Shown: piece after piece, positions 37,436 through 48,203 of the stretch
Position numbering within the stretch: position 1 is the stretch's first letter
How the letters are laid out: every line of letters starts with the position of its first letter
NCBI GenBank assembly: GCA_964629155.1
Contig: CAZVQI010000002.1
Coordinates: forward strand, 1 to 58,834
From: an uncultured Flavobacterium sp.
GTDB taxonomy: Bacteria; Bacteroidota; Bacteroidia; Flavobacteriales; Flavobacteriaceae
Length of the DNA stretch: 58,834 bases
Reading direction: 5' to 3'
Translations under genes and position numbers: made by a program
Notes under the pieces: generated by a model
Database searches by the model: none
Seen by the model: only the letters and a program-made list of their open reading frames with translations
What the model was told of the DNA's origin: nothing

Positions 37436-39187
37436 CTAAGCCCCTTCCTTAACCGAAAACTGTGATTCGTAAAGGTTTTTGTAAACTCCGTTTTTGTTTT
37501 TAAGAAGTTGTTTGTGTGTGCCTTTTTCTACAATTTGACCTTTGTCCATTACAATGATTTGGTCTGCATTCATAATGGTTGTGAGCCTGTGAGCAATAAT
37601 GATGGAAGTTCGATTTTGGGTCAGTTTATCGGTTGCATTTTGAATAAGTTCCTCCGAATAACTATCAATTGAAGAGGTGGCTTCGTCTAAAATCAATATA
37701 CTCGGATTACTTACATAAGCTCTTAAAAAGGCAATTAATTGACGTTGCCCGGAAGAGAGCATTACCCCTCTTTCTTTGACGTTATAGTCATATCCTCCCG
37801 GAAGTTCCATAATGAAGTCATGTAATCCGATTTGCTTTGAGGCTTTGATTACTTCTTCTCTTGAAATCTCAGGATTATAAAGAGTAATGTTGTTATAAAT
37901 AGTATCTGCAAATAAGAACACGTCCTGCAGCACGACCGAAATTTGTTTGCGTAAGCTACCCAGGTCATATTGTTTTATATTAATTCCGTCAATTAATATC
38001 TCTCCGTTGTTGATTTCATAAAATCGGTTCAAAAGATTGATGATTGTGGTCTTTCCGGCTCCTGTACTCCCCACAATAGCTAAAGTTTCTCCTTTTTGAA
38101 TAGTAAGATTTATTCCTTTTAAGACTTCTTCATCTTCTTTGTATCCGAAACGAACGTCTTTAAATTCAATGTTTCCTTCGAAAGAATTAACTTTAATATT
38201 TCCGTTTTGTTGGGCTAAATCAGTTTCCAAAACATCAAATACGCGATTAGCCGCAATCATTCCCATTTGCATCTCGTTGAATTTATCCGCAATCTGACGA
38301 AGAGGGTTGAATAACATTCCGACAAGCATTGTATAGGTTACCAAATCTCCCATTGTAGTACTTCCGCCTTGAATGATATTACCTGCTCCGTACCAAATAA
38401 CAACCCCAAGAGTTATGCTGGAAACAATATCAGCAACAGGAAAGAAAACAGAGTTGTATAATACGTTCTTAAGCCAAGCTTTTCGGTGTTTATTGTTGAT
38501 TTCTTTAAATTTTTCGTATTCGATTTGTTCTCTTGAAAAAAGCTGTACAATCTTCATCCCTGTTAATCGTTCTTGTACGAATGTGTTTAGGTTAGCCACT
38601 TGAGTCCGAACTTCTTCAAAAGCTCCCTTCATTTTTTTTTGGAAAATTCGGGTCGCCACAAGTAGAATAGGCATAGCTATTAGTACAATCAGAGTTAGCT
38701 TCCAATTCATATACAGCATAAAAATGATGGCAACACTCATTTTCATCAGGTCACTTATAATCATAAATAACCCTTGACTGAAGATCCGAGCAATAGATTC
38801 TATATCAAAAACCGAACGAGTAACTAATTGTCCGACAGCAGTATTGTCAAAATATTTCATACGGAAGTTGATAATATGGCTAAACAATTTATCGCGTAAA
38901 TCTTTGACAATATCTTGTCCGAGCCAATTTGCCCAATAGACAAAATAAAACTGAGAAAGTACTTCCATAAGTAATACAAATAACATTAAGGTAATGTAAA
39001 TCAACAGTCCGTATTGGTCTTTTGGTTCAATATACTCATCAACGGTTTGTTTGAGTAAATATGGGCGAAGAGCAGCAAAAACAGAAAGAGAAATAGACCA
39101 TACAATAATGGCATTGAATCTCCATTTGTAAGGCTTTGTAAATACCATTATTCGGCTGAATACTTCTCTGTTATTTCGTGATTTCAT
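37436..39187 (-). CDS. ABC exporter, fused TMD-NBD (MdlB-like)
   Basis: GSTGAGKT, LSSGQRQ, ILILDEATS, AHRL. Confidence 0.93.
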   Translation of the reverse strand: MKSRNNREVFSRIMVFTKPYKWRFNAIIVWSISLSVFAALRPYLLKQTVDEYIEPKDQYGLLIYITLMLFVLLMEVLSQFYFVYWANWLGQDIVKDLRDKLFSHIINFRMKYFDNTAVGQLVTRSVFDIESIARIFSQGLFMIISDLMKMSVAIIFMLYMNWKLTLIVLIAMPILLVATRIFQKKMKGAFEEVRTQVANLNTFVQERLTGMKIVQLFSREQIEYEKFKEINNKHRKAWLKNVLYNSVFFPVADIVSSITLGVVIWYGAGNIIQGGSTTMGDLVTYTMLVGMLFNPLRQIADKFNEMQMGMIAANRVFDVLETDLAQQNGNIKVNSFEGNIEFKDVRFGYKEDEEVLKGINLTIQKGETLAIVGSTGAGKTTIINLLNRFYEINNGEILIDGINIKQYDLGSLRKQISVVLQDVFLFADTIYNNITLYNPEISREEVIKASKQIGLHDFIMELPGGYDYNVKERGVMLSSGQRQLIAFLRAYVSNPSILILDEATSSIDSYSEELIQNATDKLTQNRTSIIIAHRLTTIMNADQIIVMDKGQIVEKGTHKQLLKNKNGVYKNLYESQFSVKEGA

Positions 39188-39191
39188 GCTG

Positions 39192-39956
39192 TTAATTGTG
39201 TTTGTTTTTTGTTTTTTTCTGTTCCAAAAATGGATATTCTATTTTGGTTAAATAGAGCCCGTGAGCCGGAACAGAAAAGCCGGCTTTACATCTGTTTTTA
39301 CTTTTTATAATTTCTTCAAACTGCTCAATTGAAGTTTTGTGTAATCCTACTCCAATAAGTGTTCCGACAATAGCTCTGACCATGTTTCGCAAAAAGCGGT
39401 CAGCAGAGATAGTAAAAATCAAGTGATTTTCTTCTTTTCTCCAGAAGGCCTCGTATATTTTGCAATTATAAGTAAACACATCAGTATTTGATTTAGAGAA
39501 ACACTCAAAGTCAGTATATTTAAACAAAACTTCACAAGCTTTGTTCATTTGTTCTATATCTAAATCTTTGTAAAAATACCAACTAAAATCGTTTTTAAAC
39601 ACATCTTTGAATAAGTGGATATGATATTCATAAGTTCTTCGAGTGGCATCAAAACGAGCGTGAGCCTCATCATCTACACGAAAAACATCAAAAACAGCTA
39701 TATCTTTCGGGAGAAAAGAATTAAGTTTTTTGACTAATTCCTTAGAATTGATTTCAGCGTTAAAATCAAAATGAGCGTACATTTCTTTGGCATGTACTCC
39801 ACTATCGGTACGACCTGCACCTACAATTTCTATTTCGGATTTCAGTAGTAATGATAAGGCTTTGGTGAGTTCTCCTTGTACAGAAATTGCATTAGGTTGT
39901 CTCTGCCAACCGTGATAATGTTTTCCGAAATATGAAAAATGAATAAAATATCTCAA
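39192..39956 (-). CDS. truA: tRNA pseudouridine(38-40) synthase
   Basis: GWQRQ, GAGRTDSGVHA, FLRNMVR; TTG start; TAAATTTG at 39976-39983. Confidence 0.97.
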   Translation of the reverse strand: MRYFIHFSYFGKHYHGWQRQPNAISVQGELTKALSLLLKSEIEIVGAGRTDSGVHAKEMYAHFDFNAEINSKELVKKLNSFLPKDIAVFDVFRVDDEAHARFDATRRTYEYHIHLFKDVFKNDFSWYFYKDLDIEQMNKACEVLFKYTDFECFSKSNTDVFTYNCKIYEAFWRKEENHLIFTISADRFLRNMVRAIVGTLIGVGLHKTSIEQFEEIIKSKNRCKAGFSVPAHGLYLTKIEYPFLEQKKTKNKHN

Positions 39957-40051
39957 TCTTACAAAATCAAAGTCACAAATTTACAATAAAATCAAATACA
40001 TTTGATTGTTAAATCTGTTAGATGATTTGTTAAGTTGCTTTCGGGAAAAAG

Positions 40052-40080
40052 AAAAACCCGATGGAATCGGGTTTTTTATT
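40052..40080. terminator. Intrinsic terminator
   Basis: AAAAACCCGAT-GGA-ATCGGGTTTTT. Confidence 0.8.
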
Positions 40081-40110
40081 GAGAATTTTCTTGTTTTAAA
40101 CTTTATTGAA

Positions 40111-40881
40111 TTAGTTTAATAAGAATATGTATCCTACACTAATTGATATCAAAAAGTCGTTATTTTTATTTTCAGAATAAACTTGACGGTCAGGGTTTAA
40201 TCCTTCTATCCAGTCTGAAAAGAATTGCTGTCCTCTGATATCAAAAAAGAGATCGCCGTCTTTTGAAACTTTATATCTAGTTCCTATACTTCCCACAAAA
40301 GAAAAAGTATTTCCGGCTTCATTGGTGAAACCGTCCATAAATTTCACAGGAGTAGTAAACGGATTACCCATAGGTCCTAAATCCGATTTAACTTCAGGAG
40401 TGTAATAGTTGTATTGCCCTCCTAAGCTGATATACGGACTAAATGTCCCCTCGCTATAGTTAAAACTTACTAAGTCTAAAGGGAACCAAACTAATTCTAC
40501 CCCTAAGTTTACTATAGATGTAGAACCATGCATGGCTCTAAGTTGTTTTGACAAAAGAGAAGTATTCCCTGGATCTACATATTTACCGTAATGTTGAAAG
40601 TTAGCTTTAGTGTATGAAATTTCTGCTTTAACCTTAAAATGTTCAGAAAAATAACCCCCTCGGTTGTAAGAGAAATCTGCAAAATAAACTAAACCAAAGT
40701 TAAAACCTGTGTTTCCGGTATTTGACTTAAAATCTTTATTTTCACCATAATCAGACTGGACTGCAACAAATCCGGCAGTGATTCCTAGTTCATGAGTTAT
40801 ATCGAAAGGTCTGTACTGAGAAAAAGAAATATTTAAGCAGCCAAACACAAAAATTACTGATAGTATTAGTCTTTTTTTCAT
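40111..40881 (-). CDS. Outer-membrane beta-barrel protein (THC0290_0291-like)
   Basis: Signal peptide, HELG..QSDYG, FSEHFK, SDWIEGLNP, terminal strand SVGYIF. Confidence 0.7.
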   Translation of the reverse strand: MKKRLILSVIFVFGCLNISFSQYRPFDITHELGITAGFVAVQSDYGENKDFKSNTGNTGFNFGLVYFADFSYNRGGYFSEHFKVKAEISYTKANFQHYGKYVDPGNTSLLSKQLRAMHGSTSIVNLGVELVWFPLDLVSFNYSEGTFSPYISLGGQYNYYTPEVKSDLGPMGNPFTTPVKFMDGFTNEAGNTFSFVGSIGTRYKVSKDGDLFFDIRGQQFFSDWIEGLNPDRQVYSENKNNDFLISISVGYIFLLN

Positions 40882-41191
40882 TATAATCTGTAGCTTTTAG
40901 TTCTTTTAACTTGGCAAATATATACAAAAACATTAATATTTTTAATAAAATACCAAAAATTAAATTTTTACTAAAATTATCTTGGTTGAAATTTATTTCT
41001 TAGAGAGTTTTATAACTTAAAAATTAGTTATTTACTGGTAGCGTTCAATAAAATATAAAAATCTTAAAAAGATAAATTCCTGTTTAAATCAATTACAAAG
41101 CTTAAAAAACAAAAAATATGATTTTCCTTGCTTTGTGAGAAAGTTTTATTTGGGTACTTTTGTTGTTATATTAAACACTAATGTGTTACTA

Positions 41192-42061
41192 ATGACAAAG
41201 AAGCCTATAAAAAAGAAATCGTTAAGAAATCGCTTGTTTAACAAAAACAGGTTGGTGTTACTTAATGAAGATACCTTTGAGGAAAGATTTTCTTTAAGAC
41301 TAAACTTAATGAATGTTTTTGTGTTGCTTACAGTAGTATCTATTATAATGCTTACACTTACTACTTATGTAATTGCATTTACTTCTTTAAGAGAATATAT
41401 CCCCGGCTATTCATCACCTCAGCTTAACAAACAAGTTATGGAGTTAACCATAAAGTCTGATTCACTTCAGAATGTTTTGAAACAAAATAATGCCTATATG
41501 GAATCCATACGTAAAGTGTTGATGGGGGAAATGGAACCTTTGGCTTTAAATAAAGATTCTTTAAGAACCACAAATATTGAGCGTATTTCTGAAGCTGATT
41601 TTATTCCGTCAAAAGAAGATTCTATTTTGAGAAATGAAGTAGCTGCTGAAGACAAATACAATTTATTTGAAAAAGCGGAACATAAAGTAGATTTAGTGTT
41701 GTTTTCTCCTGCACAGGGGCTTATTACTACCGGATTCGATGCAAAAGAAAAGCATTATGCCGTAGATATTGCTTTAGCTTCGGGAACACCTATAAAGACT
41801 ATAGCAAACGGAACGGTTCTTTTTGCAGACTGGACTCCAACCAATGGAAATGTGATTATTGTTAATCATGCCGAGGGGATTATGTCGGTTTATAAACATT
41901 GTCAAACACTTACTAAGTCTCAAGGAGATATAGTACGTTCAGGAGAAGTAATTGCTACAGCAGGAAATACAGGGACACAATCTACAGGAGTACACCTACA
42001 TTTTGAACTTTGGAAAAACGGTCATCCTGTTGACCCAACTCATTTTATTGATTTTGAATAA
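41192..42061 (+). CDS. M23 family peptidase
   Basis: N-terminal TM and coiled coil, HYAVD and HLH zinc motifs; TACTTTTG at 41155-41162. Confidence 0.9.
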   Translation: MTKKPIKKKSLRNRLFNKNRLVLLNEDTFEERFSLRLNLMNVFVLLTVVSIIMLTLTTYVIAFTSLREYIPGYSSPQLNKQVMELTIKSDSLQNVLKQNNAYMESIRKVLMGEMEPLALNKDSLRTTNIERISEADFIPSKEDSILRNEVAAEDKYNLFEKAEHKVDLVLFSPAQGLITTGFDAKEKHYAVDIALASGTPIKTIANGTVLFADWTPTNGNVIIVNHAEGIMSVYKHCQTLTKSQGDIVRSGEVIATAGNTGTQSTGVHLHFELWKNGHPVDPTHFIDFE

Positions 42062-43566
42062 TGTCTGTTAAAAGTTTTCTCTCAACAATAGTAGCTAAAA
42101 TAGTGGTAATTCAGACAAAAAAATGGTCTGAAAACCCTGTGCAAACACAAAAGAGAATTTTCCGACAACTTATTGCAAACGCTAAAAATACAGCTTTCGG
42201 GAGAGAGCACAATTTTGACAAAATTACCTCCTACGAAGATTTCGCAAAAAATGTTCCTGTTCGGGATTATGAGGGCATAAAACCATATATTGAAAGAATC
42301 ATAAAAGGAGAAAAAGACGTACTTTGGAGAGGAAAACCTTTATATTTTGCTAAAACTTCAGGAACAACATCCGGAGCGAAATATATTCCGCTTACCAAAG
42401 AATCAATGCCTACACATATTGCTGCTGCTCGAAATGCAATTTTACATTATATTTACCAAACAGGCAAAACAGATTTTGTTGACGGGAAAATGATTTTTCT
42501 GCAAGGAAGTCCGGAGTTAGAAGAAAAAAACGGAATCAAATTCGGAAGACTTTCGGGAATTGTCGCTCATTATGTTCCTATGTATTTACAAAAGAACAGG
42601 CTACCCTCTTATAAAACCAATTGCATTGAAGATTGGGAAGCTAAACTTGAAGCAATTATTGAAGAGACATTACCGGAAAAAATGACTCTTATTTCGGGAA
42701 TTCCGCCTTGGGTACAAATGTATTTCGAAAAAATTCAGGAAAAAACAGGAAAATCCATTGGTGAGGTGTTTAGGCATTTCAAATTGTTTATTTATGGAGG
42801 TGTAAATTTTGAACCGTATCGAGCTAAATTTGAGAGTTTGATAGGTAAAAAGATAGACAGTATCGAATTATTTCCTGCTTCAGAAGGTTTTTTTGCTTAT
42901 CAAGACAGACAAGATGAAAAAGGAATGTTACTTCTTTTAAACTCGGGAATTTTCTATGAGTTTATAAAAGCAGATGATTTTTTCAATAAAAATCCTAAAC
43001 GTTATACCATAGGTGAGGTTGAACTCGGAGTAAATTATGTAATGATTATTTCAACCAATGCGGGACTTTGGGCTTATAATATTGGAGATATGGTTGAATT
43101 TGTTTCAATAAAGCCCTATAGGATTATTGTTTCCGGAAGGATTAAGCATTTTATTTCGGCTTTTGGAGAACATGTGATTGGAAAAGAAGTTGAATATGCT
43201 TTACAAAAAGCTATGGAGGGAACAAATGTGTCTGTTAATGAATTTACTGTAGCTCCACAAGTGAATCCTGAAAGCGGATTGCCATATCATCAGTGGTTTA
43301 TTGAATTTGAAAATCAACCGGAAAATATAGAAGAATTTGCCCTGAAAATTGATGATGAAATGCGAAAGCAAAATACGTATTATGATGATTTGATTTCAGG
43401 AAATATTTTGAGAAGATTAGTAATAACAAAAGTCCCTCCACACGGATTTCAAAATTATATGAAATCTCAAGGAAAATTAGGAGGACAAAACAAAGTCCCT
43501 CGACTTTCTAATGACCGTAAAATAGCAGATGAATTAGAGAAGTTGATTTTCTCAAGAGGAATTTAA
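42061..43566 (+). CDS. GH3 family acyl-adenylate/amide synthetase
   Basis: [34 protein letters not shown]. Confidence 0.9.
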   Translation: MSVKSFLSTIVAKIVVIQTKKWSENPVQTQKRIFRQLIANAKNTAFGREHNFDKITSYEDFAKNVPVRDYEGIKPYIERIIKGEKDVLWRGKPLYFAKTSGTTSGAKYIPLTKESMPTHIAAARNAILHYIYQTGKTDFVDGKMIFLQGSPELEEKNGIKFGRLSGIVAHYVPMYLQKNRLPSYKTNCIEDWEAKLEAIIEETLPEKMTLISGIPPWVQMYFEKIQEKTGKSIGEVFRHFKLFIYGGVNFEPYRAKFESLIGKKIDSIELFPASEGFFAYQDRQDEKGMLLLLNSGIFYEFIKADDFFNKNPKRYTIGEVELGVNYVMIISTNAGLWAYNIGDMVEFVSIKPYRIIVSGRIKHFISAFGEHVIGKEVEYALQKAMEGTNVSVNEFTVAPQVNPESGLPYHQWFIEFENQPENIEEFALKIDDEMRKQNTYYDDLISGNILRRLVITKVPPHGFQNYMKSQGKLGGQNKVPRLSNDRKIADELEKLIFSRGI

Positions 43567-43660
43567 ACCTTTAAAACTGAAAATAAATTTTACAGAGGAA
43601 TCCATAGTAAAGAAATATTTATTTGTACCTTTGTCCTATATTATATTTATTATTATAATT

Positions 43661-43861
43661 ATGAATACGTTGTCGATATTCTTAGGAATGATTGGAACTC
43701 CTCAAATAATTGTTATTGTTTTGGTGATTTTGCTTTTGTTCGGAGGTAAGAAAATTCCTGAACTGATGAGAGGTTTAGGAAGCGGAATCAAAGAATTTAA
43801 AGACGCTGCCAAAGGGGAAGACACACCTCCAAAAAACAGTAAAGACGAAAAACAGGAATAA
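43661..43861 (+). CDS. tatA: Twin-arginine translocase TatA
   Basis: [23 protein letters not shown]; TACCTTTG at 43626-43633. Confidence 0.95.
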   Translation: MNTLSIFLGMIGTPQIIVIVLVILLLFGGKKIPELMRGLGSGIKEFKDAAKGEDTPPKNSKDEKQE

Positions 43862-43905
43862 ATAATATTCAATCGGATTTTTATTCTTTAATTTTAACTT
43901 CATTA

Positions 43906-43945
43906 AATCTCACAGCTTTTTCAAAAAGCCTGTGAGATTTTGTGT
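43906..43945 (+). terminator. Terminator after tatA
   Basis: AAATCTCACAG...CTGTGAGATTT stem with T-rich tail. Confidence 0.65.
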
Positions 43946-43994
43946 TTTGTAATTAAACTTGAATACTTTTGTTAGTAATTCGTCATAAACAAAA

Positions 43995-44222
43995 ATGCTA
44001 ATGCTTCTAAGTCAACTTAAAAAAGGAGAAAAAGCAGTGATCAAACAGTTTGATGTACAATTAATTCCTTTAAAACTTGTAGAGTTGGGTTGTTTACCTG
44101 ATAATGAGGTAGAACTTTTACAGATTGCACCTTTGGGATGCCCGTATTACTTCATTATAAATGACACTCGGGTGGCTATCCGAAAAGAAACTGCAAAACA
44201 AATCGAAGTTGAAAAACTGTAA
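43995..44222 (+). CDS. feoA: Ferrous iron transport protein A
   Basis: KLVELGCLP..APLGCP..VAIRKETA; upstream of feoB. Confidence 0.92.
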   Translation: MLMLLSQLKKGEKAVIKQFDVQLIPLKLVELGCLPDNEVELLQIAPLGCPYYFIINDTRVAIRKETAKQIEVEKL

Positions 44223-44229
44223 AAATTCT

Positions 44230-46242
44230 ATGAGTAATTCTATTCATATTGCTTTGGCAGGAAATCCGAATACCGGAAAAACCTCTTTGTTTAATACACT
44301 TACCGGTTTACATCAAAAAACAGGAAACTATCCGGGTATTACAGTTGATAAAAAACAAGGTTCTTTTCATTTAGAATACGGGCAAAAAGTAAATGTTATT
44401 GATCTGCCCGGGACTTATAGCTTGAATCCTACTTCGGTTGACGAGAGTGTGGCTACAAAATATCTTTTGCAAAATACCCCCGACCTTGTAGTGGTGGTGG
44501 CAGAAATTGAAAATGTTAAGAGAAATCTGCTTTTGTTTACTCAAATAAAGGATTTAGGACTTCCGACATTATTAGTTATCAATATGGAAGACCAAATGCA
44601 AAAAAAGGGGATTTCAATCGAGATTGAAAAGTTAGAAAAGCAATTAGATACAAAGATAATCCTGACAAGCACTCGAAAAAACAAGGGAATTTCCGAATTA
44701 AAAAGTGCCATTGCCCGATATGAAGATTTTTCCCGACGAACAATTTATTCTGAGGACGCTTCTTTGTATAAAAAATGGCTTTCAGAGACTTACGAAATAG
44801 GCTTTCAAGAAATTGAAGACAAAAAAAGACAATCTGAAATTAGAAAAGAACAACATCAGGAAACGGTTAAAAGATATCGGTTTATTGCAGAAGTTCTTAA
44901 GAATAACTATTCAATTGATAAATCAAGAGCAACGGATTTTGACTCAAAGTTAGACAAAATCCTGACTCATAAAGTTTTCGGATATTTGATTTTTTTAGGG
45001 TTGTTACTGTTGATGTTTCAGGCAATTTTCACTTGGTCAGCTCCTTTTATGGATTTTATTGATGATGGATTTGCAGCTGTTTCAGAATATGTTTCAGGGC
45101 TTTTACCTGACGGAAAACTCAACGACTTAATAAGTCAAGGAATAATACCCGGAATAGGAGGGGTAGTGATTTTTGTACCTCAAATAGCCATTTTATTTTT
45201 ATTTATAGCTTTTTTGGAAGAAACCGGATATATGTCGCGAGTGGTTTTCTTGATGGATAAAGTAATGCGAAAATTCGGGTTGAGCGGAAAAAGTGTAGTG
45301 TCTTTAATCTCCGGAAATGCCTGTGCAATTCCTGCTATTATGGCTACCCGAAATATTGAAGATTGGAAAGAACGCCTTATTACTATTTTAGTTACTCCTT
45401 TTACAGTTTGTTCAGCACGATTGCCGGTTTATACTATACTTATTGCCTTGATTATTCCTGAAAAAACAGTATTTGGGGTTATTAATGCTCAGGCTTTAGC
45501 CCTTTTAGGAATGTATCTTTTGGGAGTAATCTTTGCTTTGATTTCTTCGATGATTTTGAATAGAATTATCAAAATGAGAAGCAAATCATATTTTGTGATT
45601 GAAATGCCTTCATACAAATTGCCATTGTTCAAGAATATATTTTATACAGTGGTTGAAAAAACCAAAACTTTTGTTTTTAATGCCGGAAAAATCATTTTAG
45701 CCGTGTCTGTTATTCTTTGGTTTTTAGCTTCCCATGGAGGTGATAAATTTGACCAAGCAGAAGAAATTGTAAGTGCTCGATTCACAAACAGCAATAAATC
45801 TCCCCAAGAACTTGAAGCCGAAATAGCTTCATTTCAAATAGAAAATTCTTATATAGGGATGATGGGTAAAACAATAGAACCTATTATAAAACCACTTGGT
45901 TATGACTGGAAAATAGGTATTGCTATCATTACCTCATTTGCAGCTCGAGAGGTTTTTGTAGGGACATTGGCTACCATATATAGCGTTGAAAATCCGGAAG
46001 ATGAAGGTACGGTTAAGCATAGAATGGAAATGGCTACTTTTTCTGATAGCGGGAAAAAAGTCTTTACTTTGGCAACAGGAGTTTCATTACTATTGTTTTA
46101 TGCGGTGGCTTTGCAATGTGTGGCTACTGTAGCTACTGTAAGAAAAGAAACAAACTCTTGGAAATGGACATTGATACAATTGACCGGAATGACAATTTTG
46201 GCTTATTTGTTAGCTTTGACAGGATACACGATTTTTGTTTAA
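44230..46242 (+). CDS. feoB: Ferrous iron transport protein B
   Basis: GNPNTGKT, NYPGITVD, DLPG, NMED GTPase motifs; LEETGYMSR, CSARLP, AAREVFV. Confidence 0.96.
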   Translation: MSNSIHIALAGNPNTGKTSLFNTLTGLHQKTGNYPGITVDKKQGSFHLEYGQKVNVIDLPGTYSLNPTSVDESVATKYLLQNTPDLVVVVAEIENVKRNLLLFTQIKDLGLPTLLVINMEDQMQKKGISIEIEKLEKQLDTKIILTSTRKNKGISELKSAIARYEDFSRRTIYSEDASLYKKWLSETYEIGFQEIEDKKRQSEIRKEQHQETVKRYRFIAEVLKNNYSIDKSRATDFDSKLDKILTHKVFGYLIFLGLLLLMFQAIFTWSAPFMDFIDDGFAAVSEYVSGLLPDGKLNDLISQGIIPGIGGVVIFVPQIAILFLFIAFLEETGYMSRVVFLMDKVMRKFGLSGKSVVSLISGNACAIPAIMATRNIEDWKERLITILVTPFTVCSARLPVYTILIALIIPEKTVFGVINAQALALLGMYLLGVIFALISSMILNRIIKMRSKSYFVIEMPSYKLPLFKNIFYTVVEKTKTFVFNAGKIILAVSVILWFLASHGGDKFDQAEEIVSARFTNSNKSPQELEAEIASFQIENSYIGMMGKTIEPIIKPLGYDWKIGIAIITSFAAREVFVGTLATIYSVENPEDEGTVKHRMEMATFSDSGKKVFTLATGVSLLLFYAVALQCVATVATVRKETNSWKWTLIQLTGMTILAYLLALTGYTIFV

Positions 46243-46338
46243 TATATTTTTGGACTTTTCCGGAGGAAAACTTAATCCAAAAAATGATATTGTCAAATCT
46301 TAAAAAATAAGTATTTTTACGAAATAAAATTTTGAAAA

Positions 46339-47343
46339 ATGAGTGCGGAAAAAGAAGCAAAGATGAAGGCGTTACAACTTACGCTTGATAAGCTGGATAA
46401 AACTTACGGGAAAGGAACCGTAATGAAATTAGGAGATAAAGCAGTTGAAGAAGTAGATACTATTCCTTCAGGGTCATTGGGATTAGATTTGGCTCTGGGA
46501 GTAAACGGGTATCCGAGAGGGAGAATAATTGAAATTTATGGACCTGAATCATCAGGAAAAACTACTTTGACACTTCATGCTATTGCAGAAGCCCAAAAAT
46601 CAGGTGGTATAGCAGCTTTTATTGATGCTGAGCATGCTTTTGATAGAAATTATGCTAAAAAGTTAGGGGTTAATGTAGACGAACTTATTATTTCTCAACC
46701 TGACAATGGAGAACAAGCCTTGGAAATAGCAGAGAATCTTATTCGTTCGGGAGCAATTGACGTAGTAGTGATAGATTCGGTTGCTGCTCTTACTCCTAAA
46801 AGTGAAATTGAGGGAGAAATGGGGGATTCTAAAATGGGATTACACGCTCGTTTGATGTCTCAAGCTCTCCGAAAATTGACTGGAGCTATCAGTAAAACTA
46901 ACTGTACGGTATTTTTTATAAACCAACTGCGAGATAAAATAGGAGTAATGTTTGGAAATCCCGAAACTACAACAGGAGGAAATGCTCTTAAATTTTATGC
47001 TTCGGTTCGTATAGATATTAGAAAATCAACATCCATTAAGGATGGAGAAAATGTAATAGGAAACAGAGCAAAAGTAAAAATTATTAAAAACAAGGTAGCT
47101 CCTCCTTTCAAAACAGCAGAATTTGATATTATGTATGGAGAAGGAGTTTCAAAAACAGGAGAAATTCTTGATTTGGGGGTAGATTTTGAAATTATTAAAA
47201 AAAGTGGTTCTTGGTTTAGTTATGGTGATACTAAATTAGGACAAGGAAGAGATGCTGTAAAGCAAATCCTTAAGGATAATCCCGAACTGATGGAAGAACT
47301 TGAGGAGAAAATCAAGGAAAAAATGAAAGAGAGAGAGCAATAA
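46339..47343 (+). CDS. recA: Recombinase A
   Basis: [42 protein letters not shown]. Confidence 0.99.
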   Translation: MSAEKEAKMKALQLTLDKLDKTYGKGTVMKLGDKAVEEVDTIPSGSLGLDLALGVNGYPRGRIIEIYGPESSGKTTLTLHAIAEAQKSGGIAAFIDAEHAFDRNYAKKLGVNVDELIISQPDNGEQALEIAENLIRSGAIDVVVIDSVAALTPKSEIEGEMGDSKMGLHARLMSQALRKLTGAISKTNCTVFFINQLRDKIGVMFGNPETTTGGNALKFYASVRIDIRKSTSIKDGENVIGNRAKVKIIKNKVAPPFKTAEFDIMYGEGVSKTGEILDLGVDFEIIKKSGSWFSYGDTKLGQGRDAVKQILKDNPELMEELEEKIKEKMKEREQ

Positions 47344-47347
47344 ATAC

Positions 47348-47377
47348 AAACCCGAATTTTCGGGTTTTTTCTTTTTT
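47348..47377 (+). terminator. Terminator after recA
   Basis: AAACCCGA-ATTT-TCGGGTTT followed by a T-run. Confidence 0.82.
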
Positions 47378-47415
47378 AAAGAGTTGAATGATAATTTATA
47401 AAAAAAGAATTAAAC

Positions 47416-48186
47416 ATGAGCAAAGAGCAAAAGTTACAAGCAATGTCTCGTCTTTTAGATATTATGGATGATTTGAGAGAAAAATGTCCATGGGATAAAA
47501 AGCAAACACTACAATCACTCCGCTATCTCACTATTGAAGAAACGTATGAATTAGGAGATGCTATTATTGAAAATAATATGGAGGAGATAAAAAAAGAATT
47601 AGGTGATTTGCTTTTACACATTGTTTTTTATTCAAAGATAGGCTCAGAAACTGGAGATTTTGATTTTGCAGATGTTGCTAATGGAATTTGCGAAAAACTT
47701 ATTCACAGACACCCTCACATTTACGGAGATGTAAAAGTTGAAAATGAAGAAGATGTGAAACGAAACTGGGAGAAACTCAAATTGAAAGAAGGTCGTAAAT
47801 CTGTTTTAGAGGGGGTGCCTAAAGGCCTTCCGGCTATGGTTAAAGCTAATAGAATTCAGGAAAAAGTAAAAGCAGTTGGTTTTGATTGGGAAGAACCGAA
47901 TCAAGTTTGGGAGAAAGTTCAAGAAGAAATAAATGAACTCCAAAATGAAATAAAAAACAAAAATCACGAAAAAATCCAGCAGGAATTTGGAGATGTTTTG
48001 TTTTCTATGATTAATTATGCTCGTTTTTTAAATGTAAATCCTGAAGATGCTCTTGAGCAAACCAACCAAAAATTCATCAAAAGATTTAAGTATCTCGAAG
48101 AAAAATCTCTCGAGATTGGAAAACCTTTATCGGAGATGACTTTAGCAGAAATGGATATATATTGGAACGAAGCTAAAAAGCTATAA
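47416..48186 (+). CDS. mazG: Nucleoside triphosphate pyrophosphohydrolase MazG
   Basis: CPWDKKQT, EETYE, ELGDLL, RHPH, EFGDVLF; two domains. Confidence 0.96.
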   Translation: MSKEQKLQAMSRLLDIMDDLREKCPWDKKQTLQSLRYLTIEETYELGDAIIENNMEEIKKELGDLLLHIVFYSKIGSETGDFDFADVANGICEKLIHRHPHIYGDVKVENEEDVKRNWEKLKLKEGRKSVLEGVPKGLPAMVKANRIQEKVKAVGFDWEEPNQVWEKVQEEINELQNEIKNKNHEKIQQEFGDVLFSMINYARFLNVNPEDALEQTNQKFIKRFKYLEEKSLEIGKPLSEMTLAEMDIYWNEAKKL

Positions 48187-48203
48187 TCTTCTCGTTTTTA
48201 CAA

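Noticed and set aside
46250-46280. GGACTTTTCC palindrome upstream of recA as an SOS box
   Set aside because: Spacer is 4 nt versus the GGA-N5-TCC motif I recall for Bacteroidota; too short to support
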